64,000 nucleotides of DNA. Origin: Opitutales bacterium (GTDB taxonomy: Bacteria; Verrucomicrobiota; Verrucomicrobiia; Opitutales; JAJFLR01). The first letter of the stretch is position 1; each line of letters begins with the position of its first letter. The translations under genes and the position numbers were made by a program. The notes below the pieces were generated by a model that was not told the origin of the DNA, did no database searches, and was given only the letters and a program-made list of their open reading frames with translations. Of this stretch, positions 20,400 through 29,181 are shown piece after piece. The DNA lies in NCBI GenBank assembly GCA_021772565.1, contig JAJFLR010000035.1, positions 17,621 through 81,620 on the forward strand, in the 5' to 3' direction.

Positions 20400-22367
20400 T
20401 TAAAGAATTGCTTTATACTCTTGCTGCCAAGCTTGAAACATCAATATTGACCAAAGGTGAAATGACCAGTCCTGTCGCCCGCTAATATGCTCGTTCCACA
20501 TTCCCTTAATTAGTTTTGGTTTAAAAATGCCGGCTTTTATCAGTATATCTTCTTGAAGAAGGCTTTCGGCCCAGTCTCTAAGATCGTTTCGTAACCATGA
20601 AGATATCGATATCCCAAATCCTTGCTTTGGCCTATCAATAATTTTTTCCGGTAAAAAACGGCTTAAAAGACTTCGCAACAAAAACTTTCCCTTCCCGTTA
20701 TTAATGTTTGCTTCCACTGGAAATCGTGTCGATTCTTCAACAAATAGGTAATCAAGTAAAGGAGACCGGACTTCTAATGAGCAAGACATACTGGCTCGAT
20801 CAACTTTTACAAGAACCCCTTCGGGAAGATAAGATGCTGCATCACATCGCATTGCCAATAAAATTGGATTTTCAAAATCGCCCGATTTAAAGTTTTTGTT
20901 ACCAACCCTACTATTATTCAAAATGGTAAATTCCAACCATTGAGCGGGATCTCGAAAACGATCAATCATATAATGATATATTTCATAAATATTTCGCGTG
21001 CTAAACGCCTCCGTAAGTTTATCTACCTCCCCAACATAAAACTTGCGTGCGATATTTCGAGCACCTACATTAACCAATAAAGAAGCGACTGCAGAATAAC
21101 CGGCTTGAGGAAATGACTTCACCATAATATTCAAAATATGATACAAGCTCGCTGGAAATTTTTGATACATTTCAATCATCCTTTGAAACTTTTGATAACG
21201 TCGATAACCAGCAAAAAATTCATCCCCGCCATCTCCGGATAGTGCAACAGTTATTGATTCTCTGGCTGTTTGACAAAGTAATAAAGTCGGAATCTGTGAG
21301 AGATCAGCAAAAGGTTCGTCGTAAACTTGTGGTAATTGTGGCACTAGTTTTTGGGCATCTTGAATTGAAAGTATATGCGTTTCATGCTTGGTGCCGAGAA
21401 TCGCGGCAACTTCCTCAGCATATTGAGATTCATTGTAGCTATCCTCCTCAAATCCAATACAAAATGAACGCACTGGTTGATTAGTATACTGCTGCGCATA
21501 TGCAGCTATAAGTGATGAATCAATCCCACCTGATAGAAAAAGACCTATTGGGACATCTGCAATCAATCGTTGCTTTACAGCCTTACCAAGTCGATAATCA
21601 AGTAGATCAAGAGCTTCCTCTGCACTCACTGTATCTAATTGATTACTCTCATCCATTAATTTGGCTGCTGACCACAATCCCTTAACGATTGGTAATGACC
21701 GCTCATGTATATTTTGTTCACTTAATACAGCAATATTACCAGGCTCTAATTTTCTGATATTTGCCCAAATTGTCCTAGGTGCTGGAATATAACCATACCT
21801 TAAATACTGGATTAATCCATTTCTATCCAAACGTGATGGTCGTTCGGGAAGTACTTGAAATGATTTGGCTTCTGATGCAAATGCAAACCACTCACCGCAC
21901 CAGCCAAAATATAAAGGTTTTTTACCCAGCCGGTCTCGCGTCAAATATAATTTTCTTTCTGCACAATCCCATAATGCATAAGCAAACATACCATTAATCC
22001 GCTGCCATGCTTTTTCCACTCCCCATTGAGCACAAGCTTCCAGTAAGACTTCAGTATCAGACAACCCACGCCAGTCTACGACATTATCAAGCTCTTCTCT
22101 CAATTCGAGAAAATTATAGATTTCTCCATTGAAAACTATAACAAACCGGCCACAAGCGGATGTCATTGGCTGCCGTCCATGTAATGATAAATCTATAATA
22201 GATAACCGTCTATGCCCCAAGGATAAACCAGCAGACGGCTCACACCAATGACCCGCATCATCAGGCCCTCTATGACGAATGGAATCACTCATCCGGGTAA
22301 TCAACTCTAGACTATCCTGCCTGTTTGAGGAAAGATTTTGATGCCATAATCCTACGATACCGCACAT
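20400..22367 (-). CDS. Asparagine synthase (glutamine-hydrolysing)-type amidotransferase, glycan-locus paralog
   Basis: 655 aa. N-terminal nucleophile MCGIVGLW and PP-loop FLSGGIDSSLIAAYA. Confidence 0.9.
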   Translation of the reverse strand: MCGIVGLWHQNLSSNRQDSLELITRMSDSIRHRGPDDAGHWCEPSAGLSLGHRRLSIIDLSLHGRQPMTSACGRFVIVFNGEIYNFLELREELDNVVDWRGLSDTEVLLEACAQWGVEKAWQRINGMFAYALWDCAERKLYLTRDRLGKKPLYFGWCGEWFAFASEAKSFQVLPERPSRLDRNGLIQYLRYGYIPAPRTIWANIRKLEPGNIAVLSEQNIHERSLPIVKGLWSAAKLMDESNQLDTVSAEEALDLLDYRLGKAVKQRLIADVPIGLFLSGGIDSSLIAAYAQQYTNQPVRSFCIGFEEDSYNESQYAEEVAAILGTKHETHILSIQDAQKLVPQLPQVYDEPFADLSQIPTLLLCQTARESITVALSGDGGDEFFAGYRRYQKFQRMIEMYQKFPASLYHILNIMVKSFPQAGYSAVASLLVNVGARNIARKFYVGEVDKLTEAFSTRNIYEIYHYMIDRFRDPAQWLEFTILNNSRVGNKNFKSGDFENPILLAMRCDAASYLPEGVLVKVDRASMSCSLEVRSPLLDYLFVEESTRFPVEANINNGKGKFLLRSLLSRFLPEKIIDRPKQGFGISISSWLRNDLRDWAESLLQEDILIKAGIFKPKLIKGMWNEHISGRQDWSFHLWSILMFQAWQQEYKAIL

Positions 22368-22414
22368 AATAAATGATAAATAAAAAGTTTAACTATTTTT
22401 AGTTGTAAACGTTA

Positions 22415-23410
22415 CTATTCTACTGGATTTCTTTGCAGTAATTTAACATGAAGAAAATAAAAACATTGATGAATCATTCTTATAACAGTATATTTAAAGA
22501 ACCTTATCCAACTGGGAACTCGCATTTTTTTTTTAATCATAGAGTGATTTAAAGGAATTTCATGCCTCCTGGAAAACTCCAGGATATTAGAGACACGGTG
22601 ATAGTTGCCTGTATTAACAGCACTAAGAGCCATTGATTCAAGCTGATTGATACATTGTTTCTCGATGATCAATTTATATTTCTCTGAATACAATTCTCGT
22701 TCATTCCAACGCTTTTCAACATCAGCTACGCCACGAGAATGGTTTAAACTCAAAGATGTTTGTTGAACTAAACTATTTACGTTATCTCTATGATAACAAA
22801 ATAAAGGTTCTTCCACATAACCTATCAGCGGATGCGATCTACCCAAGCGGAACCAAAGATCCAAATCTTCGCCAACCTCAAGATTTTCATTAAATCCCTT
22901 CTCGATTAATAGTATATCACGCCGTATGAGCATTGCACATGTACTTAGGGCATTATTTAGTGCAATAGCTTTGATTGCTTCTACACTACCATCTGTAATT
23001 ATCACATCCGGGTGCAATTGCTTTCTTGCTCGTTCTATATTTCTTCTACAAACGATATATTGCCCACTTACCCATTTCAACTCATTGTGACGTTTTAATA
23101 ACTCAACCTGTAATTCAAGACGTTTTGGCAACCATTCATCATCTGCATCTAAAAATGCGATCCAGTTACCTTTGGCTTCAAAGATACCGCGATTACGTGA
23201 AGCGGAAGCACCTGCGTTTGACTGTTTTAGACAACAAACTTTTTCATAACTTGATGCTATTTCAACAGTTCTATCTTTTGATCCATCATCAATTACAATA
23301 ATTTCAAACGGTAAGTAACTTTGTCTAATAACACTCTTAATTGAACGATCTATAAATTGTTCTGCATTAAAAGCCGGAATAACTACACTAATTTTAAAAT
23401 CATCCAACAT
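22415..23410 (-). CDS. Glycosyltransferase family 2
   Basis: 331 aa. ISVVIPAFNAEQFIDRSIKSVIRQSY, VIDDGSKDRT, AFLDADDEW (DxD). Confidence 0.85.
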   Translation of the reverse strand: MLDDFKISVVIPAFNAEQFIDRSIKSVIRQSYLPFEIIVIDDGSKDRTVEIASSYEKVCCLKQSNAGASASRNRGIFEAKGNWIAFLDADDEWLPKRLELQVELLKRHNELKWVSGQYIVCRRNIERARKQLHPDVIITDGSVEAIKAIALNNALSTCAMLIRRDILLIEKGFNENLEVGEDLDLWFRLGRSHPLIGYVEEPLFCYHRDNVNSLVQQTSLSLNHSRGVADVEKRWNERELYSEKYKLIIEKQCINQLESMALSAVNTGNYHRVSNILEFSRRHEIPLNHSMIKKKMRVPSWIRFFKYTVIRMIHQCFYFLHVKLLQRNPVE

Positions 23411-23426
23411 GATACTAATTTAGAGT

Positions 23427-24728
23427 TTAATTATTCTCAGGTTTATCATGGATTAAACCATCGAGGATATTAGCTAACTTATTTGCTTGAGATTTTCGGG
23501 AATACTGATTTAATAATTCTTTTCTAGACAGTGAAGGAATTGATCCATTTAGCTTCCATGAGGATAACCATTTATTCAATTGATTTGCGACCTCTTCAGT
23601 TGATCCGGCGACAACACCGGCATTCACTTCATTGATAAGCTTATCCGTAACATCTCCATCTCCAGGCACAGAAAGTATAGGTCTTCCTGAGCATAAATAT
23701 TCAAATAATTTTCCGGTAAAGAATCCTTTTGCTTTATGGGACATGAAGTATAAAGCATCTGCCTGACATATCTTTTCCAATGCACTTCGATGAGTAACAT
23801 TACCTTGCAGTAACATTATTTTTCTGGAAATTCTTCCTTCAATATAAGGACAAATTTCAATTGATGATTTTCCATAAAACTCAATACGTAAATTATTGGC
23901 CAAATCTGGAAGTTTCTCAAAAAACAAATCTATTCCATCAAGAAATACTTTTGGATCTCTATTTCCGAAAAGACTCCCGGCATAAACAATATTAAAAGTT
24001 TCATTAGATTTTTTAACGCGGTCAATTCCCTGAAAATCGTCTTCATCAAAACCATTCATTATAACGTGCACTGGAGATCTATTGCGTTCTTTAAGTCGAT
24101 ACGCCAAAGCATCGGAAACGGTTGTTATAACCGCAGCATTTTTCGTTAATCGTGCTTCTCTCTTAACAGAATTTAATCTCATTTTAAGTTGAGCAACAAC
24201 TGGTAATGATTGAATATTGTGATCTATAATATCACGATGATCAGCAACCCAGGGGATTCCAAAATCACGATGAAGACGCGAACCTACCCACAATATATAA
24301 TGGGGAAGGCTGCTTGCAAAAATAGCATCAAATTTCTTTTCCTGACACAATTCTTGGCTTTTTTTATATATAACTTCAGACAGTCCACCCAAGTGTAAAC
24401 TATAATCTGGCATAATATAATTTTGTAACTTCTTTAGTTTTTTTTCGAAATTGCTTAATTCAGGAAGCGGAGGAACTGTTACTCTGATAACTTCACAAGG
24501 ATCCATTCCTACCATAGAAGAGTCAAATTTCCCATGATAAACATTATCCTTTCTCCAATCAGGAGCAACTACAACAACCTCCCAGCCAAAATTAATAAGA
24601 TATTTTGCAAACTTCCCGAGCCTGAATGTTCCTCCATTATTTAATGGATAGAATTCATGTGCTAGAATTAATACCTGTTTTTTTTTTCTAATTTGTAGCA
24701 ACTTCAAATTTTTCCAACCATGCTCCAA
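23427..24728 (-). CDS. Glycosyltransferase (GT-B, GT4-like)
   Basis: 433 aa. LILAHEFYPLNNGGTFRLGKFAKYL near the N-terminus and GKLFEYLCSGRPILSVPGDG near the C-terminus. Confidence 0.6.
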   Translation of the reverse strand: MEHGWKNLKLLQIRKKKQVLILAHEFYPLNNGGTFRLGKFAKYLINFGWEVVVVAPDWRKDNVYHGKFDSSMVGMDPCEVIRVTVPPLPELSNFEKKLKKLQNYIMPDYSLHLGGLSEVIYKKSQELCQEKKFDAIFASSLPHYILWVGSRLHRDFGIPWVADHRDIIDHNIQSLPVVAQLKMRLNSVKREARLTKNAAVITTVSDALAYRLKERNRSPVHVIMNGFDEDDFQGIDRVKKSNETFNIVYAGSLFGNRDPKVFLDGIDLFFEKLPDLANNLRIEFYGKSSIEICPYIEGRISRKIMLLQGNVTHRSALEKICQADALYFMSHKAKGFFTGKLFEYLCSGRPILSVPGDGDVTDKLINEVNAGVVAGSTEEVANQLNKWLSSWKLNGSIPSLSRKELLNQYSRKSQANKLANILDGLIHDKPENN

Positions 24729-25096
24729 ATGAAATCATTCGCCAAATTGTAAAATCAAAAGGCGTTTGATGTTAGAATTCCTTTGGATAAATCGATTGCT
24801 CAATGTGTTTACAAAATTCATCTGTGTTATTCACATAACAATAGTTCTTCTGTCGTCACAAACCAAATTTATCTACACACTGTAAGTTAGTTTTGAAGAT
24901 ATAATTAATAACATTTTCTTCAAAATCGTCTGCTGAAAAATAATTATTATATTGATGATTTCAAATTCCTAAAGGGATAACAGTATCTTAGTATACTAAA
25001 TATATTATTTAAATTTTTGCTAATTCTACTTTTATAAAAATATCAATAGCATGACAAACAAGCTTTAACTAAAAATTGCCGTAAACCGATATTTAA

Positions 25097-26239
25097 TCAT
25101 TTCCCCAAACAACATAATTTCTGAATCCTGCGTTTATATTTATTTATATTAGTCCACAGCATTTTTTCACTAGGATAATCATCATGCTCCTTGCGTGGTC
25201 TTTTAAAGTAAGAATCCAAGTCTTTTTTTGCCCAACCCATTTTTCTTAAAAAATAATTAATATCATCATTCAACAAATTTTCGGAAGGATAAGGTGGCTT
25301 TTCGAGCATCGCAAGTGCCTCTTCGCGACTCATCTGCTTACTCACAATAAGATTACTTAAATGAAGCTTACGTTTATCAATGTTAAACTTAACTGGAAGA
25401 ATGTGTCCTTGATAAAATCGAGTAAAAACTGACTCATAATGCTTGTAAGGATAAGGCTTATAATCAATTTCTTTTGTTAATGTTTCCAACGCAATTTTTT
25501 TATTATAATCAAAATAATCCAAAAATGGCTCCCATTGAATTCCACAAAATCTCCTATAATACAAATATTTAAACCTCCCAATTGAGGGAAAAGTCTTAAT
25601 CTTTAAACTCCCGTTAAATTTGTGATAAATCCCCCAAATATTGCGCGCATCCATTTTAAACCAATTCCATGATAGTGGAATCTTTATTCCTTCCGTTGAT
25701 GCATTCATTCCGCCTAGAATATAAGAAACATTATATTTAGCAGCTTGTTGATAGTTCACCCCTGTCATTGCATTATCATATAATAACTCTATATCAACAA
25801 CATCAGAATCAAAAAATGCCTGCATTAATTCACGGTATTCATCCCAGTCAATAACATGGGTATACAAATCAACTTTTAGATTACGCACTAAATTTTCAAT
25901 ATTACTTTGTGCAAGTTCTGAATCCCAACCATTATCCATGTGTACTGCTAACGGACGCAATCCGTTTTTCACTGCAAGATACAAAACCCATGAGCTATCT
26001 ACTCCGCCGGAAAGTCCTATAATACAGTCGTATTTTTTTTTGCTACCGTTTCGCTTAATTTCTTCAATATATTTGTTACGAATTGGAATTCGGTCATTAT
26101 TATTTTGAAAAATTAACTTGGAATATTTAGTAAGGAAATCATTACAATAATTGCAGACTCCATTCGTATCAAAAACGATGTTATCTGCAGTTGTGTCCAT
26201 TATGCAACGACTACAAATTTGATATTTATTATTATTCAT
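25097..26239 (-). CDS. N-acetyl sugar amidotransferase (WbpG/WbuX/PseA-like)
   Basis: 380 aa. N-terminal Cys cluster CSRCIMDTTADNIVFDTNGVCNYC and PP-loop IIGLSGGVDSSWVLYLAV. Followed by HisF/HisH paralogs, as in known acetamidino-sugar loci. Confidence 0.85.
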   Translation of the reverse strand: MNNNKYQICSRCIMDTTADNIVFDTNGVCNYCNDFLTKYSKLIFQNNNDRIPIRNKYIEEIKRNGSKKKYDCIIGLSGGVDSSWVLYLAVKNGLRPLAVHMDNGWDSELAQSNIENLVRNLKVDLYTHVIDWDEYRELMQAFFDSDVVDIELLYDNAMTGVNYQQAAKYNVSYILGGMNASTEGIKIPLSWNWFKMDARNIWGIYHKFNGSLKIKTFPSIGRFKYLYYRRFCGIQWEPFLDYFDYNKKIALETLTKEIDYKPYPYKHYESVFTRFYQGHILPVKFNIDKRKLHLSNLIVSKQMSREEALAMLEKPPYPSENLLNDDINYFLRKMGWAKKDLDSYFKRPRKEHDDYPSEKMLWTNINKYKRRIQKLCCLGK

Positions 26240-27005
26240 TTTTATTATTAAAAAGTATTTCTAAATCAGTGTAATTTGGATATGAGATTAGAACAGCACG
26301 ATGTGGTCCTTGGTAAACAAACATAGCACCAACTGCAACACCGGATACTCCTAAAACTTTAGCTGAGAGTAAATCATTCAAACTTCCCGCACCACCAGAA
26401 GCTATTACAGGAACCGTCACTGCTTCAGCAACATTTTTAATTAACTCAAGATCATACCCCGAAAGAGTGCCATCCTTATCAACAGTTGTTATTATTATTT
26501 CACCAACTCCAATTTCAACAAATTGTTTTGCAATCATTATTACATCGGCATCCCTAATGACGTTAGTTCCACAATGTGTGACTACTTTTGTCCTTCCCCA
26601 AAAATCACGCTTTACATCAATTGATAAAACAATACTTTGCGACCCATGAATTTTTGCAGCTTCGCTCACTAAACTTGGGTTTTCAAATGCCGCTGTATTT
26701 ATAATAACTTTCTCATAACCAATCTCGAAAATGCATTGTATATCTTCAGCATTTCGAATGCCACCACCATATGCCATTGGCATAAATGCTTCTCCGGCAA
26801 TCTGTTCAAGTAACTTAAAATCTGGCTTTGAATTGGTAGGCGTCGCATTTATATCTAATATCGCAATTTCATCTACTTCTTTTTCATTAAATATTTTAAT
26901 CGTATTAATCGGATCACCTACATATTTGTGATTTTTAAAACGAATACCTTTATAAAATCCCCCTTTTTTTAATAACAGTGTTGGTATTACGCGTGTTTTT
27001 AACAT
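26232..27005 (-). CDS. Imidazole-glycerol-phosphate-synthase cyclase-subunit paralog (HisF-like, WbuZ type)
   Basis: 257 aa. RVIPTLLLKKGGFYKGIRFKNHKYVGDPINTIKIFNEKEVDEIAILDI and ASGGAGSLNDL. Overlaps the downstream gene by 8 nt. Confidence 0.85.
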   Translation of the reverse strand: MLKTRVIPTLLLKKGGFYKGIRFKNHKYVGDPINTIKIFNEKEVDEIAILDINATPTNSKPDFKLLEQIAGEAFMPMAYGGGIRNAEDIQCIFEIGYEKVIINTAAFENPSLVSEAAKIHGSQSIVLSIDVKRDFWGRTKVVTHCGTNVIRDADVIMIAKQFVEIGVGEIIITTVDKDGTLSGYDLELIKNVAEAVTVPVIASGGAGSLNDLLSAKVLGVSGVAVGAMFVYQGPHRAVLISYPNYTDLEILFNNKNE

Positions 27006-27631
27006 AGTCTTTCAATTACTCCATTGAATAGGAGTTTACCAAATTTGTGACTTTTTTCCGGATGAAACTGAAAGCCAATAACGTTATTTTTCTTTATGGC
27101 AGCCCCAAATGTACTACCGTACTCTGCAGTGCCGATAATAAACTCATCTGAACGATGTGTGTAATGATATGAGTGTACAAAGTAGAAACGAGATTCATCA
27201 GGCATATTATTCAAGCATGGCGTTTTTGACTCGTTAAAAGATAAAACATTCCAGCCCATATGCGGTATCTTTAAATTTTTATTAGCTTCATCATTGAAAG
27301 AAAATTTTTTAAAGTAACCCGGAATCAACCCCAAACCTGAAGCGGTACCTTCCTCACTTCCATCACAGAGCAATTGCATACCTAAACAAATCCCAATAAT
27401 ACGTGTCGAAGATTCAGTTCCTTTCTCTTTGAGCCAAGAAAACCACCCAGTCTCTTTCAGGCGTTTGACCCCATGATCAAAAGAACCCACCCCTGGAAGA
27501 ATTACCCAATCAACATCGTCTGTATCCCCTGGCGGTCGTTCTGACAATTCGGCATTATAACCTACTTTTTTCAGCATATTCCTAACTGAGCTAATATTGC
27601 CTATACCAACAGAGACTATATTAATTTTCAT
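26999..27631 (-). CDS. Glutamine amidotransferase subunit paralog (HisH-like, WbuY type)
   Basis: Catalytic GICLGMQLL and FQFHPEKSH. I place the start at the internal ATG 27631 (MKINIVSVGIGNISS, the usual HisH N-terminus). The track's 27721 start adds 30 atypical residues and overlaps the upstream gene. Confidence 0.8.
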   Translation of the reverse strand: MKINIVSVGIGNISSVRNMLKKVGYNAELSERPPGDTDDVDWVILPGVGSFDHGVKRLKETGWFSWLKEKGTESSTRIIGICLGMQLLCDGSEEGTASGLGLIPGYFKKFSFNDEANKNLKIPHMGWNVLSFNESKTPCLNNMPDESRFYFVHSYHYTHRSDEFIIGTAEYGSTFGAAIKKNNVIGFQFHPEKSHKFGKLLFNGVIERLC

Positions 27632-27693
27632 AAAGCCTGATGATTTTCTATACGCAGCATAGTGGATTTTTTTAAAGAGTTTTCTTTGAGATT

Positions 27694-29127
27694 CTAAATA
27701 GAAGCAACATAGCTTTGCCATTTAGTTAATGAATCCCTTCCCCAAACACTTTCAATTGATGCTTCAGTCAGTTGTTGCTCACTTTTAAAATCAGTATTGA
27801 TTAGATCAAACAAATCAACTGCATCTGTAAATTTATAAAATAAATTAGAATCTATATGTGCTGCTGAAATTGGATGTAACAAAACATAAGGCTTCAGTCC
27901 AAAAGCTAATGCTTCATATAAAACCGTAGAATAGCACCCAACGACAATATCAGTTCTTGCGATTAAACTATAAATTGGACAATAAGGCTCAATTAATACA
28001 TTCTCAATCTTGACTGTTTTAGGAAATCTTTCTTTTAGGTTAGCAGTTTCTCCCGGGTGCGGTCTTAAAATAACGCTATAATTACATTGATTTTGTTTAA
28101 CTATATCACAAAAACTGGCAATGATTTCATCGAAAATACTCGATAAAGTCCATTGTGAAACAAAAACAATACTTTTTTCTGTTTTTTTTGATGGTTGTTT
28201 CTGCTGAAATCGCATTGTTTTTACAACCTGATTAAGATAAGGGCATCCAAAACTATACAATTTGCTTGGAAGTTCTAACTTATCTTTATAGTGTTCTCCG
28301 AATGTTATAAAAGTGTCAGGAAACAAATTACGGTTTTTTCTAGATGAATAAAATGCTGGATGCCAATTATAAGCTAAACTAGTTTTCCAAATTTTTCCAT
28401 GTTGAAATTCTCCTGTTTGAATGGCTAATTTCCTACAAGCTGAAAATATATAAGGATCTTTACCGTATGATGCATCCTCCAAAAATACCTGCTTAACTTG
28501 ACTCTTTTTAAGTATCCAACAATAGAGTGTTTTTGCGATAGAGTGCTTTTTGTAGAGACTTAAAACTGAATTTATAATATTATTCCAAAACAAATGGTCA
28601 TCGATTTCACATCGATCAATTATTGTTTGAATTTGCTTTAGAATAAGCTTTTTTTTCTTTGGCAATATTGGAACAAAAGGTAATAGTATTTTTGAGATCA
28701 TATCAATGCTCTCTTTGTGATAAACTGTTTGTTTTGTCCTTGGTCTTCTAAACTTACCACCTATACTATTCTCGATTAGAATTATATCATCAGGTGTTGC
28801 TGAACAGTACATGTCATACATTTTATTAAAATAAAAATCGCCTTGAGGCTCATTGACAACACCACTACTAAATATCGCGATTTTATATCGCTTCCTATTC
28901 CAAAGGATACTATACCTGAAAGCGATATACACAAATCGAACCCTGTCTAATATAGAGCGTTTTACACATGGATTACTAACATCGCTCAAATCATTTTGCA
29001 TTAACCGCATCTTCCGAAAAACAGCATTACGTACGCTAAACCATATGTTAATTTTTCCTACCCACGAATCTACAAATATCTTATCCAGTTCATAGATATC
29101 CTCTCTTATTTTAGCCTCATTTTTCAT
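27694..29127 (-). CDS. Uncharacterised protein with a GT-B-like C-terminal half carrying an HP motif; candidate nonulosonic-acid transferase
   Basis: 477 aa. C-terminal IVFVSQWT..VILRPHPGE..DIVVGCYSTVLYEALAFGLKP resembles the HP-motif region of sialyl/Kdo-type transferases (KpsS/KpsC, GT52-like). Function is inferred from context only. Confidence 0.3.
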   Translation of the reverse strand: MKNEAKIREDIYELDKIFVDSWVGKINIWFSVRNAVFRKMRLMQNDLSDVSNPCVKRSILDRVRFVYIAFRYSILWNRKRYKIAIFSSGVVNEPQGDFYFNKMYDMYCSATPDDIILIENSIGGKFRRPRTKQTVYHKESIDMISKILLPFVPILPKKKKLILKQIQTIIDRCEIDDHLFWNNIINSVLSLYKKHSIAKTLYCWILKKSQVKQVFLEDASYGKDPYIFSACRKLAIQTGEFQHGKIWKTSLAYNWHPAFYSSRKNRNLFPDTFITFGEHYKDKLELPSKLYSFGCPYLNQVVKTMRFQQKQPSKKTEKSIVFVSQWTLSSIFDEIIASFCDIVKQNQCNYSVILRPHPGETANLKERFPKTVKIENVLIEPYCPIYSLIARTDIVVGCYSTVLYEALAFGLKPYVLLHPISAAHIDSNLFYKFTDAVDLFDLINTDFKSEQQLTEASIESVWGRDSLTKWQSYVASI

Positions 29128-29181
29128 CTTAAATAGCTATTGGATTAATTAACATTCTAAATTTTCGAGAGGTAATTTAAC

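Noticed and set aside
24678-24687. Homopolymer tracts as phase-variation switches: T10 (A10 on the coding strand, RKKKQ) near the 5' end of the glycosyltransferase at 23427-24728; another T10 at about 22527-22536; A8-A9 tracts at the starts of other genes
   Set aside because: With roughly one-third T and one-third A, my rough estimate is that about two 10-nt A/T runs are expected by chance in 64 kb, which is what is seen. There is no population or length-variant evidence. Only worth revisiting if multiple strains or reads show length polymorphism.
27632-27721. 30-codon N-terminal extension of the HisH-like ORF (MAKLCCFYLESQRKLFKKIHYAAYRKSSGF)
   Set aside because: The internal ATG at 27631 gives the canonical HisH N-terminus (MKINIVSVGIGN). 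The extension overlaps the upstream gene's 3' end (stop at 27694) and has no counterpart in the family.
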